A stretch of DNA of 63,974 nt, filler included, from Trypethelium eluteriae (GCA_051942245.1; 4 parts of 4 records of this genome joined end to end with filler, not necessarily neighbours in it); one strand, 5' to 3'; shown: positions 35,474-50,332, counted from the first letter of the whole stretch. The notes: generated by a model not told the origin, from the letters alone. Made by a program: numbers and translations.

Positions 35474-36986
35474 TTAGCCGGAACCACCCTTGAACTTCTT
35501 GCCGAACATGAGAAGCTGGACTTGGTCATAGATGGACAGCACACCAGCACCAGCAACACCACGGAGGATGTTGGCACCAGCACCCTTGAAGAGAGAGCGG
35601 ATACCCTCCTTGGCCACGATTTGGCTAGCAGCATCGAAGGAAGACTTGTATTTGACGGCCTAGAATAAAAGTCAAAACGAGACTGAGATGGGATGTTTTA
35701 CTAGTTTAACTTACCTCACCAGACGTCATCATCATACGACGACGGATAGTGTCGAGAGGGTAGGAGGCAATACCAGCACCAGTAGTAACAGTCCAGCCGA
35801 GCAAGAAAGAAGCCAAGAAGTTGCCCTCAAGGGAGCCGACCAGGACAACAGGCTTGATAGAGTCGTACATACCAAAGTAGAGACCACGATAGACGATGAT
35901 ACCAGTGACGGAAGGCATGAAACCACGGTAAAGACCGGCAATACCATCGGAAGCAAGAGTCTTCTTGTAGACATCAACCAGACCGTTGAACTGGCGCTCA
36001 CCACCCTTCTTGGCATTCTTGGCATCGTTGGCGAGACGGGTACGGGCATAGTCAAGAGAGTAGACGAAGAGGAGAGAAGTAGCACCGGCAGCCTAGAAAG
36101 AGATCAGACTAAAGAGGTATGCCAGAAGCGGAAAAAAACATACACCACCAGAGGCAAGGTTACCGGCCATCCACCACCAGTATCCATCACGTTCCTTCTT
36201 GAAGGCAAACATGGACTTGTAGGTATCGCGGAAGGCGAAGTTCAAGGCTTGCGTAGGGAAATACCGGATGACGTTGGCAGTGTTACCTCTCCAGAGTGAT
36301 GCGACACCTTCATCGGCGGTCGTTCTCCGGAAGCAGTCAACGATACCGGAGTACTTGCGGTCGAGACGACCGGTCTTGAGCATCTCATCCTAGAGGGGCA
36401 AGGGTGTTAAGAATTTCAATTCAGACTACAGACAAGGGGTCGGCATGAAAACTTACTTGATTTTGAATAAGAAGCTTGACACGCTCGATAGGTGCAGCGG
36501 CTGTCTTTGAGACGGCGGCAGAAACACCACCCACTATAGATAAGGAGTTAGCTGTGCTGAACTTTGTACTAGAGGTCAGGGCATTGCTTTCGAGCCAGCA
36601 GCAAGGCCGCAAATACGAAGCAGTGCAAGTCAAGCTATATGAGGTTGAGACGTACTCAAAAAGTCGACGACGAAGCCCTGTAGACAAAGTGGAGTCAGCT
36701 ATTGATGCTATCGCGATGCAGAAAATCAAGACCGAAGCCACATGTCCTCAGCAAGTGAGGTATATCATTGCGCTTCATCTGCTATTGACATGCTGATTGC
36801 GAGGCAAGAGTCGTGCAATTGAGTGCATGCTCGGAAGGTAATGCGAATCGATGGACCGAACCTCAAGTGCAATTTTTGTCCTCAAGGTAGGCCCAGGTCG
36901 AGCAGGTTCGCGACGAAAAGGGAGCAACTTACAGGCATGCCGAAGATGGACTTCTCGGACTGCGAGACATCCTTATCCTTAGCCAT
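35474..36986 (-). CDS. AAC: Mitochondrial ADP/ATP carrier
   Basis: Multi-exon, including a 22-nt exon at 36656-36677. [27 protein letters not shown] and the RRRMMM signature. Confidence 0.96.
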
Positions 36987-37303
36987 TGCGAATTGAGTGG
37001 AGAGGGAGAGAGAGGGATGAAGGAATGAAGTGGTAGTGATGGATGAAGTTGAAGGGTTTTTTGAGCTCTGAGCTGGGTTGGAGGGTGTAAGTGAGGAATT
37101 TGTTCCCAGGAGACTTGAGCCAAGAGCGAGCCAGAAACGATTTCTCCCGAAGCTAATTCGCCGCACAGGCCACCACATTTCCCACCCTTCCCGGACCCTG
37201 CCGCACTGAACTCAACTCACAAAAAAAATCACTCAACAAGAAAATAATAATCTCCAGAAACACGCTTAGTTCCTTCTAGGTACCTTGAAAGCTAACCATT
37301 CCA

Positions 37304-39310
37304 TCAAATTCCCGCCAAAGAATAAAAGTCTCTGATTCCCGCCCTCAATCCGTGTTCGAATTCCCACACAAACGGTCCCTGCATCCCACTCTCGATAATC
37401 CGCTTGCGACACCACACTTCGAGACACCCAATCTTATCTCCCCCAGTCCCTGGCCATCGATACTTGGCTCGCGCACCAAAGAACTCCGCTGCATCCGCAA
37501 ATCCCACTTTCCACCCAGACTCGTACCGCCAATGCTCGAAGTACTGTCCGGGACAGTTGCGATCCCAGTAGTTGCAATGGGCATCAACAGTGTGGACGCG
37601 CCGCGTGTGCTGCTGTTCAAGTGCGCTCTGCCGACGAGCCGAGACGTCGATCTGGCTGAGCAGGAGGTTGAACGGAGGTGAAATGGCGCCGGTCTTGCTC
37701 TGTTTGACGAAGCCCCATCCCCCGCCGGGCATCCAGTCCTGCACGTTGTTAGCCACGCTACGAGCATCGAGTTGGGAAAGCGACTGCCGTCTAGAGACAG
37801 GCAAACCTGCTGGTGCAGCATGTACGGGCTATTTGGGGAGAGTGATTCTTGATCAGCTTACCATCTTCCAAGTCCAGAAGAAGCTCCCACCAGCCTTCTC
37901 CTGCCATCGCCGGCTCTGCGCCTGCCCGAATGCAATCGCAAGTGCCGTCCGATCTGAGTCTGCTGCTTTGGCCCAGGACTCCTCCGTTAGCACACAGCTG
38001 TACTCGCCTACCACCACTTGCCCAGCACGATGCTCGCAGACGGAACCCTCTCGGCCCACTAATTCAGATAATTGTCCTTGCACCTCGTGAATGATTTGTT
38101 GTGGACTCTTGGTCTTGTCCGCATCACTGAATGCCCAGTACTTGTGCGTGTCAACAATGATCGGATTGGCGCCAGACGAGCGCGTGTTTTTGCTGTTTGC
38201 ATAGCTGAGCGCCATCGACAAGTCCCAGCCATCTGATATGTAAAGCGGGAGGTTCTCGTCGATGCGAGAGATCGTAGCGATCGCATCATCATAGAAAGTA
38301 TAGAGGCCAGGAGCGCTGTAGTTGGCTTCATTGCAGAACTGAAGTCCCACCACGTTGCTGAGATTACAGCTTTTGATTTCCGTTGCCAGGAAGACTAGAC
38401 AGCGTCGGGTGAGATCCAGATTAAATTGATTGCCCCAGAGCCCGGCAACACCAGAGTTGGTGCCGGAATGATCGCTTCCGTTGGCGCCACCAGGAAGGGC
38501 ATGGAAGTCAAGAAGAACACCAATCCCGTAATTACTGGCGGTATTGATGAAGGACTTGACACTCTTCCATGCATCAGTGTAGACGCTGGATGCGGTCTCA
38601 AATGGAGTGGACTCGCAAAACGTAGGTCCCAGAGTAAAATAGCCAAAGGGTAAGCGGATCGTAGTGCCTGCAGTCAAGTGTCAACAAAATAGATTGACCA
38701 GGAACGGAAGCAGTGAACTGGTGAGTTTTACAATGAGCTTGTTCCACCAACCAGTACCAGTCGTCTGTTTTCACGAAATTCTGCCAGTGTCTCTCCCATT
38801 TGGCTCTAGTAGCAGCAAGACCGTCCTTTTCGATAGAACTTGTCACGGCAGCAAGCTCACTCGTCTTGCAGCCCGGAGGATACATGCTAGGAGTAAGCCA
38901 TTGTTCTGCGGAAACCCGTTCAGTGAAGACGTTCGTAGCCTTTCGCTGATATAGTACATACCTAGTGTGTAGCAGCCGCCGAGGTTCGTCCCCTGATGGA
39001 ATCGAAAGCGTTGTGTGTCTTGACGCGTAGGCGCCTGAAGGCGTTGCGGATTGTCGTGGTTGTTTTGTGATACCTTTTGCTGAGACTGTGACGAAGTGTG
39101 GTCGTTGGCATGGTCCTTGCTATGTGGGTGGGGCTGTTGTGCAGTCTTTCTCATAAAAGCACAGAAAGTAAGAGAAGGAAGTGGTATTAGGAAATGCCAA
39201 AGGGTGAAGAATACAGATGGTTTGATTGGATAATTAAGTGTGTGTAGAGAAAGAAAGCAAAGCAGGGAAACGAGAAGAGGAATGTTGCTTACAGTGTTTT
39301 CATCGGCCAT
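37304..39310 (-). CDS. Glycoside hydrolase family 5, intracellular (YBR056W/Exg-like); start either 39310 or 39154
   Basis: HQGTNLGG..|EQWL, IRLPFGYF, LLDFHALPGGAN, CNEA (acid/base Glu), VDTHKY, VVGEYS (nucleophile Glu), FFWTWK. No signal peptide. Confidence 0.87.
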
Positions 39311-39681
39311 CAAGCTAGGCAAGAGGAGACCTGAATAGGTAAAGGTAAGTGAGTACACTGGGAAGGGTCGAATTGTTGATGCCACCTACCTAAGATAACT
39401 TCTACAAGAACCAGTGATGAAGGAAAGAACCATCGGCCCAGGTTGCTGGCTTTTTGCACCCAGTCAATTTAAGGCGCACGAACTTCGCCCTTCAATGCTT
39501 CACGTAGAGTAGAGAGGTGCAGGGTCTATCGTTGAAATGTATACATTAATATCATGACTGTGAGCGTTTGCGTCGTAAAAGCAGAGCGTTGTGGCAATAC
39601 GAACAGGCAATTTGCCAGAAACCTTTTCATAAAAGAGGCGAGATATAATACATGGTGGAGTTGGAATGCCTCAGTAACCCA

Positions 39682-42147
39682 TCAATGCATTTCTACCTCC
39701 ATCTCTTGTCTAACGTCATGCGGCGTTCTCGGTCTACTCGGTCCTGGACTTCCCCCTTCCCCTGCAAGCCCCATTCTCGCCATGCCAAAACTCAGCTTGT
39801 TGTGTCCCGCACCCTGACCAATTTTGCTACTCGGTATGCCCGCGGATGGTGATGCAGCAGCAAAGCCAGTCGAAATATCTGCACTTTCCGCAGCTATGAG
39901 CGCGGTACCTCCAATGCCATCTTGCTGAGGTTGTATGGGTGTGTGAAATGGGCCATTCATCTCTGCGTCAGTACGACCAAATATCTCTGGCCACCATCTA
40001 ACTTCATTCGTCTTGGGAAAGAGAAGGCGCTCACGACCCTTCTGGTTATCATCAATGACTGGGTCGTATTTCTCATTGAGAAACTGCTCCTTTCGAGAGA
40101 GGAAATAATCCCAAACGCTCCTCGTCTTGTCCCTCACCCCAGCCTCCACACGTTGCTTCTCATTGTCGTAAAGGAAAGTCCCATACTGACAAGAGTACAG
40201 GTGGTAGAGCAGACGCCGAAGGAAACGTTCGTTGAACTCGAATCTCGAAGGATGTTGATAAAGCATTTGATATGTAGCATCTAGGAATTGGTGAAAGACT
40301 GGACTGGTCTCTTTTACCTTGGTAATGAGTCTGTCCTCGGCAGTACCTCTTGCAGGAGATCCCGTTTTACTCATGGAAGGGGAGTCGAATGGTTGCAACT
40401 CGCCATCTTCGTCGACCAATGACTCGCGACTCTCGTTTTTCTTGTTGAAAAAGCCTTTAGCTCGGAGTAATGCATCTTCAAAGGCGTTACCTCCACCCCC
40501 AGCTCCGGTACTGGCTCCATTTTCCATCCTCCTATTACCACCTATGCGTTCGTTTTCGACTTCAAACCACTTCTCGCTACTCAAAAACCCAGATCTATGG
40601 CGAAATTGATGACCGAAAGACACCCAGTCTTTCTCAATAAGAACTATAAAACCTTCTAGTGTTCGATAGTACGGGTCCAGGCATAGCTGACTAAGTGCAC
40701 TCAGTTGGCTTGTTCTGTCCCAGCCATCCGAACAGTGGATCAAGACATGGGAGTGATGTATGCCAACCTGTCGTGCGATCATGTTCACTCCATCCAAGAT
40801 TCCGGAGATGTGCTTGAGCCAGTTGCTCTTGGCCAGGATTTCCCTGTTAGGTCCTAACGGGGTAAGGTCAGTATCTTTCAAGGCGTCCATGACCTTGTTC
40901 AGTGAATCTCGCATGACGTGAATATTATCAATGCCCAAAAATGCTTTTGTTGCAAATTTGTAGTTGTCCATGTTCTCAGAGCCCATGCCAACTGCTTGGT
41001 TTGCAAAAGCATTGACGGCTGGCCGAGCATCAATAATGATATTGTGCTGTTGGGCGCCGTAGATTCGTGTATCCTGCATATTTGTATCTCTGCCAACTCG
41101 CGCCAAGGTCTCATCCTCGATGGCTTCCGCATCAACGAACGAGCTCTCTCCGCTTACTGAAGGCATATGCACGGAAGCTGGTTCAGCTATGATCTTTCCT
41201 TCACTAATCAGGGAGGAGGAAGTTGATTGCGAATTTGATTGTGAGTTTGATTGGGAATTTGACTGCGAATTTGGATGTGAGGTTGACTGTGCGTTACTGG
41301 AGGACTCGGCGTTAGGCTGTGATGTGTCGAAGATAGCCGCCACAAGCTTCTCATCCTGTACACTCCGATTCTGTCGCACGCCAACCAATGGCTGTGAGCT
41401 GCGCGTAATGGAACATCTATTGACGGGGTGCAAGTAAGTCAGAACGGGTATTCGGACACGAGACCGATGCCTCCCGGCGTAGTTGAGCACATTGTCAGAG
41501 ATAGATGCGGGCACACTCAGGAGCGCGGGATAAGTTGGAGAGTACTGGAATTTATATTAGCGCAACATATTTACAAGGCACACTGACAAACCTGATAGTT
41601 CATGTTGATCTTTGATATCCTCCATCCCCTATCTGCATTCTTTTCACCGATGCCTTGTCTTCTGAACTCCCGCCGAGCATCATACACGTCCCACCCATTG
41701 ATCTCCTTTTCTGGTCCTTGCGCTCGGTAGCTAAAAGCATACAATTTTTCAATCTTCCCTAGTTTACACGTAAGAGACTTAATGCTATCATATACATCCC
41801 GCGCCTGGTTCTCGGCTAAGAAGTGGAAGGCTACGAAGACGAAGTCTCGACATCTGAGTCTTATTGAGGGTGATTGATGTGACGCCGGAGGTGCTGGCCG
41901 GTAGCTGCAAAATGCTATCATGGGATACGTAATCCATAGCTCCCTTGGCCGTGGTTTCGAGTCAGGCTGGGTCTGATGAGGAGTGTAACTGAAGATGAGA
42001 TGATGAGGCGTCAGGTGGAGAGTGCCTTCGAGCTTGATGCCTTGTCTAAGTAAAGTAACATCCTCGACCTAGCTCGTTCCTGTGAGCGTTGTAGCTTGAG
42101 AATCCCAACCGTTTCATTCTTACCTTGGAGACTCGGATCTTTTCCAT
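39682..42147 (-). CDS. YMR1: Myotubularin-family phosphoinositide 3-phosphatase
   Basis: Three exons from MEKIRVSK. Catalytic HCSDGWDRT, DPYYRTLEGF and SPVFHQFLD. Confidence 0.93.
41221..41288. repeat. Coding 12-bp imperfect tandem repeat (SQSN)n within the myotubularin gene
   Basis: The translation reads NSQSNSQSNSQSNSQST. Confidence 0.7.
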
Positions 42148-42644
42148 CTCGCAACTAGAGTTTCCTAGCGCCGTGGTACTCTATGACAAGCTATGTCTTA
42201 TGCGATAATGTTACCGCTCTAGAATTGTCAGGGTTGCCTTGTCAAGACCTTCTCTAGTATTTAAAGCATGGCTTTGTATGGTCCGTCAGCAGCCAGCGTA
42301 GAGATAGAAGAGATGATCTAAAGAGGGTCCAAAGGCAAGCAAATGATGCTGGACTTGCAGCGCAACAGCTCTGCGGAGAATTTCAGATGGCAGCACAGCT
42401 GAGTATTGTTTCTGGGATTTGTTGGCCTGGCCGTGCCTCTTCATTTTCTTGTGACGACAGACATTCACGCGTGAGCGCCAACCCTGGCCGTCGATCCTCT
42501 GTCTAAGTGCGTGGGTCCCTCATTAAGGTAGGTAACTAAGCGCTGCCGAGACCGCACACCCGAAAATCTCCCGACCTATCTGCTCATCAACGACTCCAAG
42601 GTTCTGATCTCCATTTGGTGCCATCCTACGATCTTGTTGCAAGC

Positions 42645-43687
42645 ATGGCAGCACCTCAGAAGCAAATGTACGTGCATCCATCACTCCGGATCCATCGCTT
42701 AATGCTAACTCTGTGCAGCTCTAAGAGAAGGAAGTTCGTTGCTGGTATGGCCTCCGTCTTAGTTGCCCGCACAATCCATTACCCCACGCCACGATCCCAA
42801 GAAATACAAAATTCACATTCCCAACCTGCAAGATAATAGCACTGGCTTTTGGAGCGTGACGAAGCTGACCCCTCTTTTAAACTTCAGATGGCGTCTTCTA
42901 CGCCGAACTCAACGAATTCTTCCAGCGAGAACTCGCTGAGGAAGGTTACTCTGGTGTCGAAGTCCGCGTTACCCCAACCGTCACAGACATTATCATCCGC
43001 GCAACCCACACTCAGGAAGTCCTTGGCGAGCAAGGCCGACGGATTCGCGAGCTCACGTCCTTGATTCAAAAGCGATTCAAATTCCCCGAGAACTCGGTCT
43101 CTCTCTATGCGGCTAAGGTGCAGAATCGCGGTCTCTCTGCCGTTGCACAATGCGAGAGTTTAAGATACAAGCTGCTTAACGGGTTGGCTGTCAGGAGAGC
43201 TTGTTACGGTGTTCTGCGATTCATCATGGAGAGCGGGGCGAAGGGGTGTGAGGTCGTCGTCAGTGGAAAGCTGCGGGCTGCTCGTGCAAAGAGCATGAAG
43301 TTCACGGTACGATCATCATTACATGTTTTGGAGATGGAACTTCTGACATATCGCTCATAGGATGGCTTCATGATCCACTCTGGTCAACCAGCCAAGGATT
43401 TCATCGATAACGCTACCCGTCACGTCTTGCTACGCCAGGGTGTGCTTGGAATCAAGGTCAAGATTATGCGCGGCTCGGACCCTGAGGGCAAGGCTGGCCC
43501 ACAGAAATCTCTTCCTGATTCGGTGACTGTCATCGAACCCAAGGAGGAGCAGAGCGTTGTGCAGCCTATGAGTACAGATTATGGATCGAAGGCAATTCAG
43601 GTACAGCAGGCTGCGGAGCAGCAGAGATTGGCAGAACAGCAGGAAGGTCAAGGGCAGGAGGTCGGCGATGGTTTCGCTGCAGAGTGA
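42645..43687 (+). CDS. RPS3: 40S ribosomal protein S3
   Basis: Four exons. [55 protein letters not shown]. Confidence 0.97.
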
Positions 43688-44345
43688 TAGGTACTGGAAA
43701 GCGGAATGGTGTTACGATGTGTTTATTTAACTGCCTTCTCCTGGCTTCTTCAAATGACAAGGGTTAAACCTCATCATGACGAGCATCAAACTACTCTATA
43801 TTGCATGTGATTCGTCATGGTCTGAAGTTTCATATTTCAACGAGTCGGTCACGCTGAGTCGCAAATTAGAACTAGTTGTGTTTGAGATTCGAAGGCTTTG
43901 GCTTCGTCGAATTGTTTCAAAGCTACATCGCATTTCAAAACTCATGACAACTCCCAGGAGTGCTTAACAGCTCGACTGCCATTCACCTTCAAATGCTTGC
44001 AACTCGATAGATCTGTTTATCTCAACCAGATCTGTTCTAAATCATCTGTTTCTTGTTGGGACGCTATCCGACACAGCGCAGATGTAGTCCTTTCTCGATG
44101 TGATACTCAACCGTGCAGGTATCGTTCAGAGGGATTGTAACGTAGGGAGTACAGGGCCACTTCCCTGCATGGATGAACCAGATCTATGCATATATCCCCA
44201 CTACATGCCAGACCATCAAGCTTAGCTAACGAAACGCAGCTCGTCTTAGCTATGAAGGGTCTGTCATCAACTCCTGCTAGCTCATCATGGTCTTCTGAAT
44301 ATTGCCAGGTCGGAACAACCTTTTCGAGGTTTCCAATCATCCACG

Positions 44346-45979
44346 CTACTTCTTCGCCTTCTTTAGTGGAGCCTTCTTCCTCTTCCCCTTTACATCCCTC
44401 CCCTCCTCAATCGCCAGCATAGCTTCCCTCTTCTTCTCCGAAACCGGCTTCAGCGCCTCCCTCACAACTCGCCCCTCTACACTCACTCCCTCTTCCTCAA
44501 ACTCAATCATCTTCCTCCCCACACGCTCCTCAATCGCCAACACGAGCTCCACATCCCGCTGACCCACAAACGTCACACTCTCTCCAGTCCTCCCAGCTCT
44601 CGCCGTCCGTCCCACGCGATGGATGTAATCATCCGGATCCCGGGGGACATCATAATTGAACACCAGCGCAACCTCCGGAATATCGAGACCACGGGCAGCG
44701 ACGTCCGTGGCGATGAGGACGCGGGCGGCATTGGCGCGGAAGCGGGCGAGATTGGCGGTGCGCTCGGACTGAGCGAGGCCAGAGTGTAGCGCCGTCACGC
44801 GGTGATCGAGCATCCGCAGGAGGTACTCGAGGAGGGTCGCGGTGGCGGTACGATTGCAGAAGATGATGACGGATTTGGTGGCGTTGGCTGGGGTGAGGAG
44901 GAGCACGTGAAGGTAAGGTTCGCGGAGATGGACGGGAACTTGGAGGTACGTCTGGCGGAGAGTGGAGGGGATGGCGAGGACCTCGGTGTCGACTTCACAG
45001 ACGAAGACTGGAGGACGATCAGGGGGCCGTGGTCGCTCTTTCAAGGCACGCACTTCTGGCGTGACGGTGGCGGTGAAGAGACAGGTTTGCCGCTCAGTGG
45101 AAGGGGGAAGCACGGAGAGACATGTCTCGACGTCGGGAAGCATGCTGCCAGGGCCAGAGGCAAGAAGACGGTCTGCTTCGTCCAATACGACGAATCGAGT
45201 CCGACGGAGACCGCAAATGGTGTCTTCACCAGAGCTATCGATATGGTCAGCCAATCGGCCAGGAGTAGCGATGACTACATGTGGTCGTTGGGAGAGTACG
45301 ATGGCTTGAGCGCGCATATCCGCGCCACCTGTCACAAGGAGAGGCTTTAGCGATTGCGGTGATGATATGGCTTTGAATTGTTCAAAGATCTGCAGAGCAA
45401 GTTCCCTAGTTGAGAGAATCAGCAAATGAGCGAGAAGTTTAGCACATGCTTCTCTTACCGTGTAGGGGTCAATACGACAGCGAATATGCCAACAGGATCC
45501 TCTGCCCATTTCTGCAGTATTGGAACTGCAAAAGCTACCGTTTTTCCTGACCCGGTTCTGCTTCCACCTATGCAGTCTCTTCCTTTCAAAATTTCTGGAA
45601 TGCACCCTTTTTGAATACCTGTTGGTCTTTTTATAGCCATCGCTGTAAGAGATGTGACAAGCCATGGCGCAACGCCTAAAGTTGCAAAGCTCGTGGTTTC
45701 TCTACCTGCGATGACCGCTTCTACAGAATCATCACCTCCGGCATCTTGATGTAACAAACCATGTTGCTTTGCTTTAACTCGGGATAGTGTCGCCACAACG
45801 GGCTGATTCAGAATTTCTGAAGATTCGGAAGACGAATTTGAATTATTCCGTTTTCTACCCTGCAATTTCCGCAAGGCGTCACTTCGTAGAGCACTGGAGT
45901 GCTGTCCATTGAATTCTCCGTCGCTCAACTCATTCTCCAGCTCTGGTGGGTCTTGGTTAGACAGACCCAGTCGAGACAT
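44346..45979 (-). CDS. DBP8: DEAD-box RNA helicase Dbp8 (DDX49)
   Basis: [46 protein letters not shown]. One intron at ~45408-45459. Confidence 0.92.
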
Positions 45980-47761
45980 GATAGATCTGCTAACACCACC
46001 AAAATCACGACATCAAATATGTCATTTACGAGATCAGCTAGGGTGCGCGGATATTTGCAGATTTCACGGAGTTTCTCCCGGGCCAAGACAACTATTTGTG
46101 AAAGTAGCAATCCCAGGCGCGACGGCAGAATCTCGGCCCGCCATCCGAGGCAAGTACAGCCTGAAAAGTCAAGGGCAAGAGAGGGCCAGCTGCAAAGTGA
46201 CGAGCATCATTCTCTTGCATGCGACCCGATCGTTTCAAAGCATTGGACGCACCCCCCAGAAGAGATTTGGAAGATTCGGTGAAGGGTGGGTGGGCAGTCG
46301 TCTGGGTGGCCCCGTAGGTCGATGCTGTCATATCTGACATGCGGCGGAAGGATAACGCTTCACGTGGGAGCTGCATGGCGCCGGTCATGGATCCCTGAGT
46401 ATCTTTGCCTATTGCAGTGGTCGACGAGTCGGAAGATCAGCCGTGGCTGAAGACGAGTGCAGCGAACGTCGTGGATAGGGTGGATAGAGGGGGGAGCAAA
46501 GACGCGTGCAGAGTCTGGGATTGAGAGGATGAAACGTCATGCTCATCTCAGCTTGTTTGACTGTGGAGTGACGAGCAGTCCGAGTCCGCTGCTCCGGAGT
46601 ATGCGCGAACTGGGCATCGAAGTTGATATCAAATTTTTAGAAATAATTGCGTTTGGTCCTGCATTGGTGTTTTGGACTACTGCTGCATCAGGTCCGCAGG
46701 AGGCAATTATGGGTTGTTATAGGCCATGACTCGGTCGTATCAGTCAATAGAACGAATATTGCCATCTGCGATCGTGTCGGGAGGTACTCTAGACGTCCGG
46801 CGGCTGGCAGCAGTGCGCCGTTGCACAGTGGAGAGGGTGGTGACGCCCTCCGGGGGCCTTCTTGGGGCCCTCTGGGCGCTTCTTGCAACAATGATCGCCT
46901 TTCGTTTGCGCCAATGGAAGCGGCGTGTTGGCTTCAGCGGCGGCTCGCGAACCCGTGCTGGCCCCCGTCTTGGCCCGGCTGCTGGCGCATGCTGAGGGAG
47001 GGGTGAGAGTGAGAGAGTTCGTCCCACGGCTGGAATTCTGCTCACGACCTTGCTCTCCCTACTCGACTTCTACGACGCAAGCGTTGTGGATGAAGACATT
47101 CCACATTCTGATTCCATATCCTCTCCCCAGGCTGAGGTCAGCGCAAGCGGCAGACGGCTTCCACCTCTAGCGCTGCACGGCGAACTGTAATAGCAGCGGG
47201 CAGTGTCGATAGCGCACCTATTCCCCTGCATCTGCAGCATCATCGCCGTTACTCCCAGCAAGCGTCGGTCACGCTTCACGAACCAGCAACAACTCACCAT
47301 CAGCCCCAGCGACCGGAACTACTGCTCAGCTACCCAAACTCCCTGTGCCTGTGTGCTTCGCTACTTATCTCGCCCATCGCTCACCATCTCCCCATCTTCT
47401 CCACTCCATCCACTCAGCCACGTCAACACTTGGTTCCACCAGAGACCCTGTGCGGGACTCGACAGATGTGATTCGGATAGCCTCACGACCGTACAACACA
47501 ATTCCCCTCAACGACCTCTTTCTATCGGCCGTCGCCCTCGCATGCTCGGGTCCTCGCAGCTTGTTCTCGTCGGGTCACAGGAGCAGTTCAGATTCCATCT
47601 AGCACTGTGTCTTCATATCTTTGACTGAGACGACGTCACGTCCCACCTCCTCATCAGCCTGGCAAATTTTTGCCTCGGTGTAACTGGGTGGAAGCCCCTT
47701 GGAAAGGGGACTGGTGTATCTGAAGGAGCATCGTCAGCCCTCATTCCATCATCAATCCAAA

Positions 47762-49389
47762 ATGTCGTCACCTGCTCCCCTCCTCCGCCCTCCTATTCCT
47801 GGAAGCCGTAACAACAGCGGCACAAGAACACCACGACTCGGTCTTGCAATCCCTCCTTCACCCAGTGCTCGGCCCGTCAATCCTTCGTCTAATGTTTCAG
47901 AAGTTGCACCATTAGGCGGTGCGGTACCTCCCGCCCTCAATGTCGCGACTCCGATGGGCAGCAATGTGCAGCCTCAGGAAAGCAAACATCAAGCCAGACA
48001 GGGCCGCTTACCACCACTGAAGACGAGTGCCGGTCTCTCGGCTGGGGGCTCCAGTGACAGCGCACATTCAAGATCAGGCAGCTTCGGAGACAGCATGGCC
48101 AATGGATCAACTTCGACAACTTCGATACACTCCCTGCTCAACTTTGTCCAACAGCCTGGAGGTGGATCCTCTGATCCACTTTCAGCAGCCGGTTCGCTGT
48201 ACTCTGCAGGAGGCGGCAGTGAAAGCAGTACGGCGATGGAAAGAGAAAGCAGCATCCCTGTGCTGCCAGACTTGGAAAAATTAAGTCTTGAGAAGGGCCG
48301 AGCCTTGGACGTGGAAGACCTTGATGATGCTGGGTGGAGAGCTGCTAGTAAAGAGAACAAAATCGTCGAGCTCGGAAGCCTGGGAGAAGGAGCAGGCGGT
48401 GCAGTGACAAGATGCATTCTGAAGGGTGGAAAAACCGTGTTTGCACTCAAGGTCAGCCTCCCACGCAAGACAGGAGCGTATATGTGTTTTCACTAACGTT
48501 GGAGCTTGGGTGCTATAGATCATAACGACCGATCCTAATCCCGACGTTAAGAAGCAAATCGTTCGTGAGCTTCAATTTAACAAGAACTGCGCCTCCCACC
48601 ACATTTGTCGCTACTATGGTGCTTTTATGGACGATTCTACTGGGACTATCTCCATTGCTATGGAGTTCTGCGAAGGCGGCTCCCTCGACTCTGTCTACCG
48701 TGAAGTTAAGAAGCTTGGCGGACGCACCGGCGAGAAGGTTCTTGGAAAAGTGGCCGAAGGCGTCCTCAATGGGCTCACCTACCTGCACAGCCACCGTATC
48801 ATTCACCGTGATATCAAACCATCGAACATCTTACTCACGCGCAGCGGTGAAGTAAAGCTATGTGATTTTGGCGTCAGCGGTGAGTTTGGAACCAAGGGGG
48901 ACGCCAACACCTTCATTGGTACAAGCTACTATATGGCTCCGGAACGGATCACCGGCCAATCCTACACGATTAACTCAGATGTCTGGTCATTGGGTGTGAC
49001 CCTGCTTGAAGTTGCTCAACATCGATTCCCGTTCCCTGCCGATGGCACAGAGATTCAGCCAAGAGCAGGACTAATCGATCTGTTGACGTACATTGTACGG
49101 CAAGCCATCCCAAAGCTAAAAGATGAGCCCGGAGATGAATCAAAGGGCATACGGCCAATTACTTGGAGCGAGAACTTCAAGTATTTTATCGAGTGCTGGT
49201 ACGTATTTCATGCAAGGACTACTGCGCCAATCAATACGTTGACTGACTGTATGTTCTAGCCTCGAGAAAGAGTCAGGGAGACGTGCCTCTCCTTGGCGAA
49301 TGTTGGAGCATCCCTGGATGGTGGAGATGAAGACTAAGAAGGTGAATATGGAGAAGTTCTTGAGAGAGGTCTGGGACTGGAAGGATTAA
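47762..49389 (+). CDS. MKK1: Cell-wall-integrity MAP kinase kinase (Mkk1/Mkk2)
   Basis: Three exons. [56 protein letters not shown]. Confidence 0.92.
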
Positions 49390-49883
49390 GTTCTTCTCAA
49401 GAGCATCAAACTCTCCGCTGGGTAGGACAGCAGAAACACGCAGAAAAGATAAGCTCTCGGCGGTAGTGAGAGCAGCGGCTCTTGATAATCAACGAGACAT
49501 GACTGGGATGACACGGCCGTCTTCTCCTAGAGATTCTCTTCGCGTCGAAAGAGGAACCCAAAATTGGATCCACGGAATTTCAAGCTTCTGTTTCAAGATT
49601 CTCTTGTCTCCTTATATCGGACAACATTCAGCAAAGCATTGGGCTGGCGCATTGCTTTGATACAGAGCGTAGCCGAAAGTACCACCTCGGTTTGGGAGAG
49701 GGAAAATGTAGAACAAGTCAGTATGGAAAATATAAAATCAAGCAGGATTAACAAATTCTTATTGAAAAGACATAACTTCATATCAATGGGTATCTATCTT
49801 ACGAATTCCTAACCAATACATCTATATCTATCTATCATAGCCTCACTCTTCCATCCACCCTTCCATTCCCACCAAACCACCTC

Positions 49884-49983
49884 NNNNNNNNNNNNNNNNN
49901 NNNNNNNNNNNNNNNNNNNNNNNNNNNTTAATTAATTAANNNNNNNNNNNNNNNNNNNNNNNNNNNNNNNNNNNNNNNNNNNN
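49884..49983. other. Artificial contig-joining spacer
   Basis: 44 N + TTAATTAATTAA + 44 N. Confidence 0.98.
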
Positions 49984-50332
49984 AAGGGAGAGCGGCGACG
50001 GCGAAGGAGGAGGGGGAGGAGGAGGATGGCTCGGCGAGTGAGAGCTGGTCGAAGGCTTTTTCGAGGGCGTCGCCGCCACCGGTGGAGCCGCAGAATTTCA
50101 TGTAGCGCTCTTGGATTTTGGCGAAGAATTTCTCTTGGGCGCGGAAGTCGTTGAGTCTTGCATCCAATTAGCATGGGGAAAATAGAGCCATGTGACAGAA
50201 AGTGGCGCACTTGGTCTCGCCTTTCGAAGGTAATCCATACTGCTCCAATGGATCGCTAGGAGGTTGATTGAGTCTATTCCATGCCGAGCTGGCTCCACGT
50301 TTGTACGGCGGACGGGTTTGTGCTGCCATCAT
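49984..50332 (-). CDS. 5' part of a conserved-looking fungal protein truncated at the gap (possibly CSN8/PSMD8/eIF3K PCI-like family)
   Basis: MAAQTRPP..AWNRL..DPLEQYGLPSKGETK|LNDFRAQEKFFAKIQERYMKFC across a GT-AG intron. The family call is from recall. Confidence 0.55.

Noticed and set aside
42745..42887. Possible intronic snoRNA in the longer RPS3 intron
   Set aside because: No box C (RTGATGA) paired with a box D, and no clear H/ACA architecture.
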